From an uncultured Candidatus Micrarchaeota archaeon (GTDB lineage Archaea > Micrarchaeota > Micrarchaeia > Micrarchaeales > CABMGC01), in the NCBI GenBank assembly GCA_963833485.1, contig CAWHXT010000005.1, positions 21,330-85,329 on the forward strand: a stretch of 64,000 nucleotides of DNA, read 5' to 3'. Shown here in pieces: positions 16,983 through 25,634 of this stretch. The notes below the pieces were generated by a model, which was not told the origin of the DNA, did no database searches, and saw nothing but the letters and a program-made list of their open reading frames with translations. The number at the start of each line of letters is the position of its first letter. The first letter of the stretch is position 1. The translations under genes were made by a program, and so were the position numbers.

Positions 16983-17717
16983 ATGATAGAGATAAAGCTT
17001 AACAAGAGTTACGACCTCAAGGGGTACACTTTGATAGAGGGATTTCCCGGAGCAGGACTAGTTGGACCGATGGCCAGCAGCTACATAATCGAAAAACTCA
17101 ATATGGAGTACATAGGTTATATAGAGAGTGACTCTTTTCCACCAATTGCTGCGGTGCACGACAGCGTGCCGATGTTCCCTGTTAGAGTTTACAAAGACGA
17201 TAGATACAAGATAGTCGTAGTCATATCAGAGTTTACGATCCCCGTAGAAGTTATTTACCAACTGAGCAACGAGCTTATAAACTTCATAAGAAAGGAGAGC
17301 ATAGCGCAGGTTATCTCAATAGGAGGGATGCCGTCGCAGAAACCTTCAGAAACAGCATATGGAATAGCTTCAAACAAGGCTATGTCAAAGAAGCTGAAGG
17401 ACGCAGGAATAAGTACGATAGGAGAGGGGGTGGTTGCAGGAGTCAGCGCACTCTTGCTGGCTAACAGCATACAGTTTGATCTTCCTGTGATTGACATACT
17501 CGTGCAGGTCGACCCGATGATGATGAACCCGAAGTACGCGGTCCTTGCCATAACCAACCTGAAGAAGCTCATAAAGATAGATATAAACACAGAAGAGCTA
17601 GAGAAAGAATCGAAGCTCGTTGAGGCCAAGGTGAGGGAGATATTAAAGAAGACAAGGGACTCGCACGAGAGCTACAAGAACGCAGTGGACGCTACTGGGC
17701 CTTCGATGTACGCTTGA
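16983..17717 (+). CDS. PAC2-family (proteasome assembly chaperone-like) protein
   Basis: 'LIEGFPGAGLVGPMA' is the hallmark N-terminal motif. The 244-aa length fits the family. Confidence 0.75.
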   Translation: MIEIKLNKSYDLKGYTLIEGFPGAGLVGPMASSYIIEKLNMEYIGYIESDSFPPIAAVHDSVPMFPVRVYKDDRYKIVVVISEFTIPVEVIYQLSNELINFIRKESIAQVISIGGMPSQKPSETAYGIASNKAMSKKLKDAGISTIGEGVVAGVSALLLANSIQFDLPVIDILVQVDPMMMNPKYAVLAITNLKKLIKIDINTEELEKESKLVEAKVREILKKTRDSHESYKNAVDATGPSMYA

Positions 17718-17721
17718 TGAA

Positions 17722-18021
17722 ATGAAAAATGAGTTTGGAGAAGAAATTAGTGACGAGCAGGCGAAGCAGATAGGAAAAAGGGTGGCGAAGCTCCCGGAGA
17801 CTCTAATTGATGAGTTATTCTACAGATGTGGGCTAATTTATAGCAGGAGGGATTATAGCCTTAGAGCCTTGCATCATTTACAGCTTTTAGAAATAAGAAA
17901 GAAAAAGGAAGAAAGCGAACCTCTTACGACTCTTTTATCAGAGACCACAATAAAAGAGGTTTTAGAAAACTTAGATAGATTAGAAGAAGAATTCAAACGG
18001 GTTTGGAAAGACTATTTGTAA
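17722..18021 (+). CDS. Hypothetical protein
   Basis: 99-aa ORF 4 nt after the PAC2 gene. Confidence 0.4.
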   Translation: MKNEFGEEISDEQAKQIGKRVAKLPETLIDELFYRCGLIYSRRDYSLRALHHLQLLEIRKKKEESEPLTTLLSETTIKEVLENLDRLEEEFKRVWKDYL

Positions 18022-18068
18022 TCGCTCACTGCAAAGATTTTTATTAAACGTGAGCCAATTCTAGATAT

Positions 18069-18171
18069 GCAGGGGTCGCAGAGTCTGGTCAGGCAATAGC
18101 CACAGAAAAATGCGCAGGACTTAAGATCCTGTGGCCTAGCGCCTTCGAGAGTTCAAATCTCTCCCCCTGCA
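18069..18171 (+). tRNA. tRNA-Leu (anticodon TAA) with about 17 extra nt in the D-arm (putative non-canonical intron)
   Basis: Acceptor GCAGGGG/CCCCTGC, anticodon arm CAGGA-CTTAAGA-TCCTG, long variable arm, T arm GAGAG-TTCAAAT-CTCTC. It is 103 nt against about 86 expected. The surplus lies roughly at 18094-18110. Confidence 0.8.
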
Positions 18172-18178
18172 CATAAGT

Positions 18179-18250
18179 GCCTCAGTAGCTCAGTGGTAGA
18201 GCGTCTGCATGGTAAGCAGAAGGCCGCGAGTTCAATTCTCGCCTGAGGCT
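18179..18250 (+). tRNA. tRNA-Thr (anticodon GGT)
   Basis: Acceptor GCCTCAG/CTGAGGC, D arm GCTC/GAGC, anticodon arm TCTGC-ATGGTAA-GCAGA, T arm GCGAG-TTCAATT-CTCGC. Confidence 0.9.
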
Positions 18251-18252
18251 GC

Positions 18253-18669
18253 TCATACTTCTATTACATCTTTCAGGTATAGCTTGTCTCCGATCTTGAA
18301 TCTGTTTTCTTTTGCAACGCCGCTGAGCACCTCGAGGATATATTTTGCAGGTCTCTTTGGTCGATACATCTCTCCTAGGAGAAGACTTCGTGAAGGCTTT
18401 GCATCATTGAATATGTCCACAATCTTGCCCTCTTTGTCTATCCATATTATATCAATAGGGAACTTCATGTTTGCCATCGTTATATCGTATTTTGACTCAC
18501 TGCCCATGATGAAGAACATTCCCTCTTTCTTTCCAATCCTTTCCCTGTGCATCAGGCCCAGGGCCCTTTTAGTCGTCGTATCTGCGATGTCTACCTTGAA
18601 CACTCGCTTTTTATACCTAATCACTCCATTACTAAACTTGGTAAATTTGTATAGAATTTTGGTAAGCAT
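18253..18669 (-). CDS. DUF192 (COG1430) family protein
   Basis: 'RALGLMHRE.....EGMFF' and 'MANMKFPIDIIWID.EGKIVDI' are typical of DUF192. Confidence 0.7.
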   Translation of the reverse strand: MLTKILYKFTKFSNGVIRYKKRVFKVDIADTTTKRALGLMHRERIGKKEGMFFIMGSESKYDITMANMKFPIDIIWIDKEGKIVDIFNDAKPSRSLLLGEMYRPKRPAKYILEVLSGVAKENRFKIGDKLYLKDVIEV

Positions 18670-18793
18670 TTATGCACCGAACGAACATCAATTTTATCAG
18701 TATTTTTTTGCATATTTATATCATTAAAACATACTTTTATGCCTATATGTTTAAAACAACAGAAACAGTTATATAATTGGAAAACTGATAAAT

Positions 18794-19723
18794 ATGGATA
18801 CATCTATGGAAGAAACAAACAGCTCTTTATTCGGGGGAGATCGCATAGAGAAACAAAGGGCCAAAGCGCTAGAAGGGGAGAGCAGCAACTATCAGAACCT
18901 TGTAGCCCTGATGATAAAGAAGGCCAGAAACAACAGGGAATATAAGAAGTACAACGAAGCCTCCAGTCTACTCACGTTAGAATATTACAAGAGACTGGGA
19001 AACATCGACGACGCAATGAGAGTTGTCTACGCTCTGGTAGAGAACGCAGAAAACATCGAGGAACTGATGAGGCACTACAACGCGCTGCTTAACGAAGATA
19101 AGCAAGAAGGAGAGGCAAATGATGATGAACAGGCAAAGAACAAGATAATCAATACGATGCTTAATGACTACAAGAAGAGGTTTGGACAGGAGAAGGTGGA
19201 GGCGTACAAGGTGCTCGTGCTGCAGGGCTGGATAAACAAGGTGGAGAACATCAACGAGCTTGCCATAATCATGGACAACACACTTACGATTAGAGATAAG
19301 ATAGGCAATTCATGGGACTATGAGGTCCATGTGGTGCCGCTGCTCCTGGACAAGGCGTTCGATACGGAAACTTTCATAGACTTCACGAACTCCACTACAA
19401 ACTTTATAGTCGGCTTAACCAGAAGGATAAAGGACAGCTACCTCGCGGTCATGACTGCGGTGAAAATCCTGGAGATTTCTGACTCTCCAAAGGTCATGAA
19501 GAAGTACATAAGGGACATGATAAAGGAGAACAGCAAGAAGATAGACCAGCTCAACACAGAACTTGCAATAATAAGCTCAAGCGGAATCGCGAAGATAACG
19601 AAGATTGCCAGAGTGAGAGAGATAGTAGAAGATCTGGAAGACTACAACAAGCAGATAGAAGAGCTAATGAATGGGATAGATCCTAAGGAGCTTATGATAG
19701 AAGGCGGGCCGAAGAAGCAGTAA
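18794..19723 (+). CDS. Hypothetical protein (helical, charged)
   Basis: 309-aa ORF with no recognisable motif. Confidence 0.45.
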   Translation: MDTSMEETNSSLFGGDRIEKQRAKALEGESSNYQNLVALMIKKARNNREYKKYNEASSLLTLEYYKRLGNIDDAMRVVYALVENAENIEELMRHYNALLNEDKQEGEANDDEQAKNKIINTMLNDYKKRFGQEKVEAYKVLVLQGWINKVENINELAIIMDNTLTIRDKIGNSWDYEVHVVPLLLDKAFDTETFIDFTNSTTNFIVGLTRRIKDSYLAVMTAVKILEISDSPKVMKKYIRDMIKENSKKIDQLNTELAIISSSGIAKITKIARVREIVEDLEDYNKQIEELMNGIDPKELMIEGGPKKQ

Positions 19724-19741
19724 ATCTCTGTTTTATAGGAA

Positions 19742-21364
19742 TTACTGTACTATTGCCTCACTTTGCTCTCTCACGAACTGCTGCAGATAGAACCTGCTTC
19801 CAGTCCCTTTTCCTGTCAGGCCGCTGCCCTTCCAGCCTACGAATGTGTGAAATCCTACTATGGCTCCGGTGGTCGCGCTTGTCTCTCTGTTTATGTATAA
19901 CACTCCGGCTTGTATCTTGTTGGTGAAATCCCTGATCTCGCTCTTCTTCTTGCTGTAGAATCCTGCTGTAAGGCCGTACTCCACGTCGTTCGCCTTAGCA
20001 AGCGCATCCTGCAAGTTCTTGTAGGTTGTTATCACCAGCAGCGGAACGAACAGCTCCTCATGGAAGAGTTTGTTTGTGTGGTCGATCTCTACTAGCGTCG
20101 GTTCTACATATATTCCCTTCAGGCCAGTCTGCACCACCTTCCCACCATATATCACCTTGCCGTTCCTGTTCGCCTCTTCTACAGCGTACTTGTACTTGTC
20201 AAGGGCACTGGCGCTTATCAACGGACCCATGTAATTCTCCTTCTTGAGTGGATCTCCGATCTTGAAAGACCTCACCTTCTCAGCAAGCTTGCTTATGAAT
20301 TCCTCCTTTACGGAGTCGTGCACGTAAACCCTCGAGCAGGCACTGCATTTCTGCCCAGCGAAACCGAAAGCGGCGCTTGCTATGCCACTAGCAGCCTTAT
20401 CAAGGTCCGCGTATTTAGAGACGATCACCGGATTCTTGCCTCCCATCTCCATCACGAACGCCTTCTGCTGGCCAGTTTCGTAGCTTTTCAGTACCATGCT
20501 TACTCCTGTGGCTCTGGAGCCAGTGAAAGCTATGCCGCTCACCTTCCTGTTTACAACTAGCTCGTCGCCAACTTCTGAGCCGCTTCCAGATACATAGTTG
20601 AACACACCATCGGGCAATCCTGCCTCCTTGAATACCTCATATATCTTTAAGCCAGTTAGCATCGTCATGTTGTCTGTGGACGATGGCTTGAACACCACAG
20701 TGTTTCCGGTTATGAGCGCTCCGCAGCTCATGCCAGCGGATATCGATATTGGAAAGTTGAATGGAGCTATGACCCCAAATACTCCGTACGGTTTCATCAC
20801 TATCTTGGCTTTCTCTTCCTGCCCTGGAGCTCCTTGGAAGCCAGCCTGAACCTTAGCCGTGCTTCCAGATAACTTGCTCTTCCTGACATATCCTTTGTTC
20901 TTCTCCATGTCAAGCGCATAGTAGTTCAGGAAATCTATCGCTTCGTCGACTTCTCCTATGGACTCGTATCTTGTTTTACCGTTTTCGATGCTGAGTATTG
21001 CCCCTATGGTGAACTTTTCTCTAGAGAAGATGCTGGCTGCCTTCCTCATTATCTTAACTCTTTCTCTGTAGTCGCTCATTCCCCACTGCTCAAAAGCAGC
21101 ATAAGCCGCGTCTATCGCCTGCTTTGCATTATCCCTCGTCCCCTTCTGGAACCTGCCTATTATCATGCCTCCATCTATCGGAGAGTACTCCACTGACTCT
21201 GATTCTGAGTAAACCTCCTTGCCGTTTATGTAAATCGGAAACTTTTTCCCTAATATTTCTTTCTTGACTTCGTCTACGGCATTGTCGAAGAGCTCATCAA
21301 ACTTTGACTCCTCGTCGTTCTCAAGGAACTTTCTATAGGTAAACTCGTTGCTAAACTCCATCAA
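19742..21364 (-). CDS. Aldehyde dehydrogenase family; likely 1-pyrroline-5-carboxylate (glutamate semialdehyde) dehydrogenase
   Basis: 540 aa. 'VMEMGGKNP' and catalytic Cys in 'FGFAGQKCSACSR'. Length and N-terminal extension match RocA/PruA-type P5CDH. Confidence 0.8.
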   Translation of the reverse strand: MMEFSNEFTYRKFLENDEESKFDELFDNAVDEVKKEILGKKFPIYINGKEVYSESESVEYSPIDGGMIIGRFQKGTRDNAKQAIDAAYAAFEQWGMSDYRERVKIMRKAASIFSREKFTIGAILSIENGKTRYESIGEVDEAIDFLNYYALDMEKNKGYVRKSKLSGSTAKVQAGFQGAPGQEEKAKIVMKPYGVFGVIAPFNFPISISAGMSCGALITGNTVVFKPSSTDNMTMLTGLKIYEVFKEAGLPDGVFNYVSGSGSEVGDELVVNRKVSGIAFTGSRATGVSMVLKSYETGQQKAFVMEMGGKNPVIVSKYADLDKAASGIASAAFGFAGQKCSACSRVYVHDSVKEEFISKLAEKVRSFKIGDPLKKENYMGPLISASALDKYKYAVEEANRNGKVIYGGKVVQTGLKGIYVEPTLVEIDHTNKLFHEELFVPLLVITTYKNLQDALAKANDVEYGLTAGFYSKKKSEIRDFTNKIQAGVLYINRETSATTGAIVGFHTFVGWKGSGLTGKGTGSRFYLQQFVREQSEAIVQ

Positions 21365-21487
21365 ACAATCAACCTTTCAATAAATTAGGCTTGAAATATT
21401 AAAGGATGACCAAAACAACATTTACTTCAATTCCAATTTCTGATAGATAAAAACACGCAAAGTATTTATTGTTTCTTCAATAAGTGT

Positions 21488-22195
21488 ATGAATATGGCGA
21501 CTGGCGAAAGCCTTGAAAAGCAGAGCGTAGACTATGCTAACCTTAATCTAGAGAATCTCGTGAGTGAACCAACCTGGAAAGATATACTGATAGACCTGGT
21601 GAAGAAGGAGAACCTTGACCCATGGAACATAGACATAGCGAACATAGTCGAGAAATACATTGACACTGTGAAGAAGATGAAGGTGCTCGATCTCAGGGTG
21701 CCTGCAAATATCATACTCGCAGCTGCGATACTTCTAAGGATGAAAAGTGAGATGCTTAGCTTCGCAGAAGAGACGATTGAAGAGCCAGAAATAATCCAGG
21801 AGAGGCCTGGAGTGACAGTAGGGCAGCTGAGCCTAAGGGTGAGGGTGCCACCTAAAAGAAAAATAAGCCTGCAGGAGCTGATCGAGGCTCTTGAGGAGGC
21901 GATGAAGCTTAAGGAGATGAGAGAGTTAGCAGAGGTCAACAGTAACAAGCTTGATGTTCCTATCCAGATAAACCTCATTGACATAGAGGAGGAGATAAAC
22001 CAGGTGTATATGGAGATAAGGAAGATTGCAGACAAATCTAAGATGACTACCTTCTCTATCCTTGCTAACAGGCACAAGGGGGAAGATATTTTGCTTGGGG
22101 TCTTCATACCGCTGCTCTTCCTTGCGCACAAACAGAGAATAACGCTCGTGCAGGAGAAGTTCTTCGATGAGATAATAATAGCGATGAACAAGTGA
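21488..22195 (+). CDS. scpA: Segregation and condensation protein A
   Basis: The N-terminal 'LDPWNIDIANIVEKYIDTVKKM' motif is typical of ScpA/kleisin. Immediately followed by scpB. Confidence 0.8.
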   Translation: MNMATGESLEKQSVDYANLNLENLVSEPTWKDILIDLVKKENLDPWNIDIANIVEKYIDTVKKMKVLDLRVPANIILAAAILLRMKSEMLSFAEETIEEPEIIQERPGVTVGQLSLRVRVPPKRKISLQELIEALEEAMKLKEMRELAEVNSNKLDVPIQINLIDIEEEINQVYMEIRKIADKSKMTTFSILANRHKGEDILLGVFIPLLFLAHKQRITLVQEKFFDEIIIAMNK

Positions 22196-22199
22196 TTAG

Positions 22200-22661
22200 A
22201 TGGACGAACAGCCTGACAGCAAAAGATTGATAGAAGCGGCACTCTTCATGTCCCAGAATGCTATGGGGTTAGAAGATCTGGTCAGCGCAACAGGAATCAT
22301 GTCACCAGGGCACATACAGAAGCTTATCAGCGAGCTCCAGGAGGAGTACAAGAACAAAGACACATCGCTGCAGATACTTGAGATAGGGGGGAAGTACATG
22401 TTCGCGCTTAAGGAGCCGTACGCTTCAAAAGTTAGCAACCTGGCGACTGGACCTGACATTAGCAGGGGCGCCCTAAGGCTCCTTGCCTACGCAAGCAAGA
22501 ACGAGGGAGTACTGCAGAGTGAGTTGGTGAAGATATTTGGAGAGACAACGTATGAGCACGTGAAGGAGCTCACAGAAAAGGAGTTTATAATTGGGAAGAA
22601 GGTCGGAAGAAGCAAGAAGATAAATACTACGCTTAAGTTTAAAGAGTACTTCAACGTCTGA
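22200..22661 (+). CDS. scpB: Segregation and condensation protein B
   Basis: 'IEAALFMSQNAMGLEDL' and a winged-helix pattern. 153 aa. Confidence 0.75.
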   Translation: MDEQPDSKRLIEAALFMSQNAMGLEDLVSATGIMSPGHIQKLISELQEEYKNKDTSLQILEIGGKYMFALKEPYASKVSNLATGPDISRGALRLLAYASKNEGVLQSELVKIFGETTYEHVKELTEKEFIIGKKVGRSKKINTTLKFKEYFNV

Positions 22662-22666
22662 CAAAA

Positions 22667-23209
22667 TCAGTATACTGGGTGGCTTTCTTCAACACCGTTG
22701 CTGAAGTTTAGGTAAAGTGCTACTGCAAAGAAGAAAGATGAAAGTCTGTTCATGTAAGAAAGCACATTCTGATCTATGTTGTATTTCTTAGAAGCGGCGA
22801 CAACTTTTCTTTCAGCTCTCCTTGCTACAGCCCTTGCAAGATGTGTGTGTATCGCACCTTCAGAACCCCCAGGTATCACAAATTTCTTCAATTCAGGCAC
22901 CTTGTCGCCCATCGTCTTTATCGCACTTTCCAGTCTATCGAGCTTGCTCTTGTCTATTGAAAGCTTCTTTGGAGACTTTTGCATTGCATCTGCGAGAATG
23001 GCGCCTATTGTAAACAGATCGTTCTGAACTGCCTTCAGTTCATATCTTACCTGCTCGTCTCTTACGTAGAAGAGAGCTATGCCAGTGCAGCTGTTCAGCT
23101 CGTCAACGTCCCCTATGGCCTCTATCAGAACGTCTTCCTTTGAAAGCTTTTCTCCTCCCATTATTGAGGTGTCCCCTTTGTCTCCCTTACCAGTATAGAA
23201 GGTAGTCAT
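22667..23209 (-). CDS. PduO-type ATP:cob(I)alamin adenosyltransferase
   Basis: 'YTGKGDKGDTS', 'GDVDELNSCTG' and 'FVIPGGSEG' are all hallmark motifs. Confidence 0.85.
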   Translation of the reverse strand: MTTFYTGKGDKGDTSIMGGEKLSKEDVLIEAIGDVDELNSCTGIALFYVRDEQVRYELKAVQNDLFTIGAILADAMQKSPKKLSIDKSKLDRLESAIKTMGDKVPELKKFVIPGGSEGAIHTHLARAVARRAERKVVAASKKYNIDQNVLSYMNRLSSFFFAVALYLNFSNGVEESHPVY

Positions 23210-23272
23210 TCAGTCTCGATAATATATGCCCTTCGTAATTTTTATATTTAACCTTCACCTATTCTAAATTAC

Positions 23273-23343
23273 GGGCTCGTGGTCCAGCGGTAAGACGCCA
23301 CTTTCACAGAGTGGAGAGCGGAGTTCGACTCTCCGCGGGCCCA
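23273..23343 (+). tRNA. tRNA-Val (anticodon CAC)
   Basis: Acceptor GGGCTCG/CGGGCCC (one G-U pair), anticodon arm CCACT-TTCACAG-AGTGG, T arm CGGAG-TTCGACT-CTCCG. Confidence 0.9.
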
Positions 23344-23395
23344 TCACCAGATTTGTCGTCGAAGAAAATTTGTTAAAAACACAGTTTGTCGTCTT

Positions 23396-23410
23396 GGAGT
23401 TCAACTCTCC
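23396..23410 (+). repeat. tRNA-Val T-arm-like fragment
   Basis: 'ggagttcaactctcc' matches the T arm of the adjacent tRNA-Val ('ggagttcgactctcc') at 14 of 15 positions. It lies 53 nt after the tRNA. Confidence 0.5.
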
Positions 23411-23434
23411 TCCTTTTCAGTTTAATGGAAAATT

Positions 23435-23776
23435 TCAAATTATCTTTAAATGTATGCCAACTACGCCATTTAGTTTTTCCTCTTCTTTACTATAAATTGA
23501 GTATTGTTTTTCCAGTTGCTCATCTAACGTAATATTTTTAGGATGGCCTAATTTTGTTTTATCAAAAGTCGAAAGAAGATCTTTGAAAGACTTGAATACT
23601 GAGAGACCAATCACTTCACATTTTACTTTTTCTCCATCAGGCAGTCTTTCAAATATAATAGTATCTCCTAAATTGATTTTCCTTCTCTTTTCATCCAAGA
23701 GCCTTATTTCGATTGTCTTTTTTCTAGTCCTAACTAGCTCAAAAGGTTCTTGATTAAGATGCATGTTATGTATCAT
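23435..23776 (-). CDS. ASCH (PUA-like) domain protein
   Basis: 'EPFELVRTRKKTIEIRLLDEKRRKINLGDTIIF' is a typical ASCH N-terminal core. 113 aa. Confidence 0.7.
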   Translation of the reverse strand: MIHNMHLNQEPFELVRTRKKTIEIRLLDEKRRKINLGDTIIFERLPDGEKVKCEVIGLSVFKSFKDLLSTFDKTKLGHPKNITLDEQLEKQYSIYSKEEEKLNGVVGIHLKII

Positions 23777-23801
23777 TTACACCATCTTAGTATTTTTACG
23801 G

Positions 23802-24986
23802 TCATTCTCTTAAAACATATGTAAGATACTCTGCACTATAATTCCTAAATAATTTCTTTGGATCTGAAGTCCAATTTTTTACTTCAGCCCAAAGTTTTTC
23901 TAATCCTTGCTCTCCGTACTGCTTTTTGAATTCAACTAGATTCAAGAATCCTTCAGGCATATCATAAGTTCCTTTTTGCACATACACTGATTTTGAAAAC
24001 TTCGCACCAGACCAGTCTTCTATTATCGGAGTAAAGAGCCTCATTGGCCTATCAGAATAATTATATTTAAGTAAAGACAGACCTTCAGATACAATATATT
24101 CTGTCATATGTACCCAATCTCCTCCATCTACCATGAGATCTAGCGCCTTTCCTTCTTTTGCTTCTTCTATGAATAATGCTTCTTTAATTACATTTCTAAC
24201 AGGGGTGTTCATATCAATAAAGTCTTTATTATCACCACTCAAAGTAATTTCATAAGGCCCGTGATCAGGACATTCACTTAATAAAATAAGACTATTGCGA
24301 CTTATGCTCGCTTTTATTTTAGTTTTTACACCGGATTTTTCAGCAAACTTGCAAATTGGGCAAGGAAATCTGACTCTAAGATGACCTTCGGATGGAGCTA
24401 CTACTGGAGCAAATTCACTTTCTCTATCAATCATTTCAAGCAGCGTTTTCCTAACAAATGGAATCTCTTGGAATTGCTTGTAGTATAGAATTTCATAATC
24501 TACTCCTGTTTTCTTCTTTAATAGTTCTAAGATTTCCTTAAAAGAGTTTAGGTATACTTCTGATAATGGACCCTCACCGACGTATGTGTCGCAATGCATC
24601 TTTGCATAGGTCAAACCGTTGACAACTTTTTGCTCTTTGGGTGCATTTTCTAAAGCTTCAAATTTAATTTTTGCCGGAATTGCGAAACGATTTGATAACT
24701 TTTCGGCTATAGCAAATGCGGTCATTATGCTTAATACAGAGCCTAAATGTGGGTGGCTATTCATTTGTGCAGAAAAATGTATCTGTATGCTTTGCTTGTC
24801 TTTAATTCTTGGTGCAAAAAGATCTGTTACATCATTTGTTATATGTGCTATCACGACAGGTGGATATACTAAGGGTTTGTCTGTTTTCAAATCTTTTCTG
24901 ACTAAAGTATCTATGTGGTCTTTCTCTGAATATACAGTTTCGCCTGAGCTATTTTTGCTATTTTCTTTTTTCACAATCCCCACCAA
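23802..24986 (-). CDS. Class-I aminoacyl-tRNA-synthetase-like (HIGH/KMSKS nucleotidyltransferase) protein with no evident anticodon-binding domain
   Basis: HIGH-like 'HPHLG' (nt 24741-24755) and KMSKS-like 'KFSKS' (nt 23988-24002) lie about 250 aa apart. A 'CPIC...CPDHG' knuckle sits between them. TTG/GTG start directly abuts the upstream stop. Confidence 0.45.
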   Translation of the reverse strand: MVGIVKKENSKNSSGETVYSEKDHIDTLVRKDLKTDKPLVYPPVVIAHITNDVTDLFAPRIKDKQSIQIHFSAQMNSHPHLGSVLSIMTAFAIAEKLSNRFAIPAKIKFEALENAPKEQKVVNGLTYAKMHCDTYVGEGPLSEVYLNSFKEILELLKKKTGVDYEILYYKQFQEIPFVRKTLLEMIDRESEFAPVVAPSEGHLRVRFPCPICKFAEKSGVKTKIKASISRNSLILLSECPDHGPYEITLSGDNKDFIDMNTPVRNVIKEALFIEEAKEGKALDLMVDGGDWVHMTEYIVSEGLSLLKYNYSDRPMRLFTPIIEDWSGAKFSKSVYVQKGTYDMPEGFLNLVEFKKQYGEQGLEKLWAEVKNWTSDPKKLFRNYSAEYLTYVLRE

Positions 24987-25478
24987 TTAAAAACTATTTA
25001 TTCTGCTTTGTCTTCTAAAAGTATCTGGTAATTTGCTTTCTAATAGCGTAAGTAATCGCCTATGCTGCTCTTCTTCTTTTTTCAGATAATAGAAGTTTTG
25101 AGGCGCTATGAAACTAGGCATTAATTCCTTTATTTGCGCGAATCCTATTTCAATTCGAACAGGACTTTCTACACGAAGTGCTGAGCATAAGTCTATGCCT
25201 TTGAAATATTCTGTAAGTCCTTCTCTAGTGGACGTTGTTTCGTTTAATGTTAGTTCTATTAGAGAATCTAACGGCTTTCGTAAAAGTTTGGTGACTTGAC
25301 ATACTCCTACTATAGCCTTGGTTTCTTCAGTAGCATACAAAGCCATGGGTGTAGATTCTTCTATATTCGGAGGTGTTCTTCTGTATTCCCATTTCTTTAC
25401 GCCGCTAAGTATGGCTTCGGCAAATTTAGGCTTAATGCTCAGGACTATTATCCTATTAAAATCCCCCATTTTATTCAA
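24987..25478 (-). CDS. ASCH-domain protein (longer form, with C-terminal extension)
   Basis: 'LSIKPKFAEAILSGVKKWEYRR' is a typical ASCH/COG4933 N-terminus. 163 aa. Confidence 0.6.
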   Translation of the reverse strand: MNKMGDFNRIIVLSIKPKFAEAILSGVKKWEYRRTPPNIEESTPMALYATEETKAIVGVCQVTKLLRKPLDSLIELTLNETTSTREGLTEYFKGIDLCSALRVESPVRIEIGFAQIKELMPSFIAPQNFYYLKKEEEQHRRLLTLLESKLPDTFRRQSRINSF

Positions 25479-25589
25479 ATATAATAGTACATTTCTCCTA
25501 TTTAAATAATACTTATAAATTTGTTTTTAACTAAATGATGAATAAATATATATGGCAAATGCCATACAAAGAGAGTGCTACCTTAGACA

Positions 25590-25607
25590 TCGTGGTCCGC
25601 GGGCCCA
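25590..25607 (+). repeat. tRNA-Val-derived fragment (putative att-like direct repeat)
   Basis: 'tcgtggtccgcgggccca'. Its last 12 nt are identical to the tRNA-Val 3' end (23332-23343) and its first 9 nt to tRNA positions 5-13. Confidence 0.6.
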
Positions 25608-25634
25608 GATTAACAACCCCAAATACTCATAGAG

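Noticed and set aside
21532-22242. 236-aa minus-strand ORF covering scpA
   Set aside because: scpA on the plus strand has clear family motifs. The antisense ORF is Ser/Ile/Phe-rich low complexity with no homology signal.
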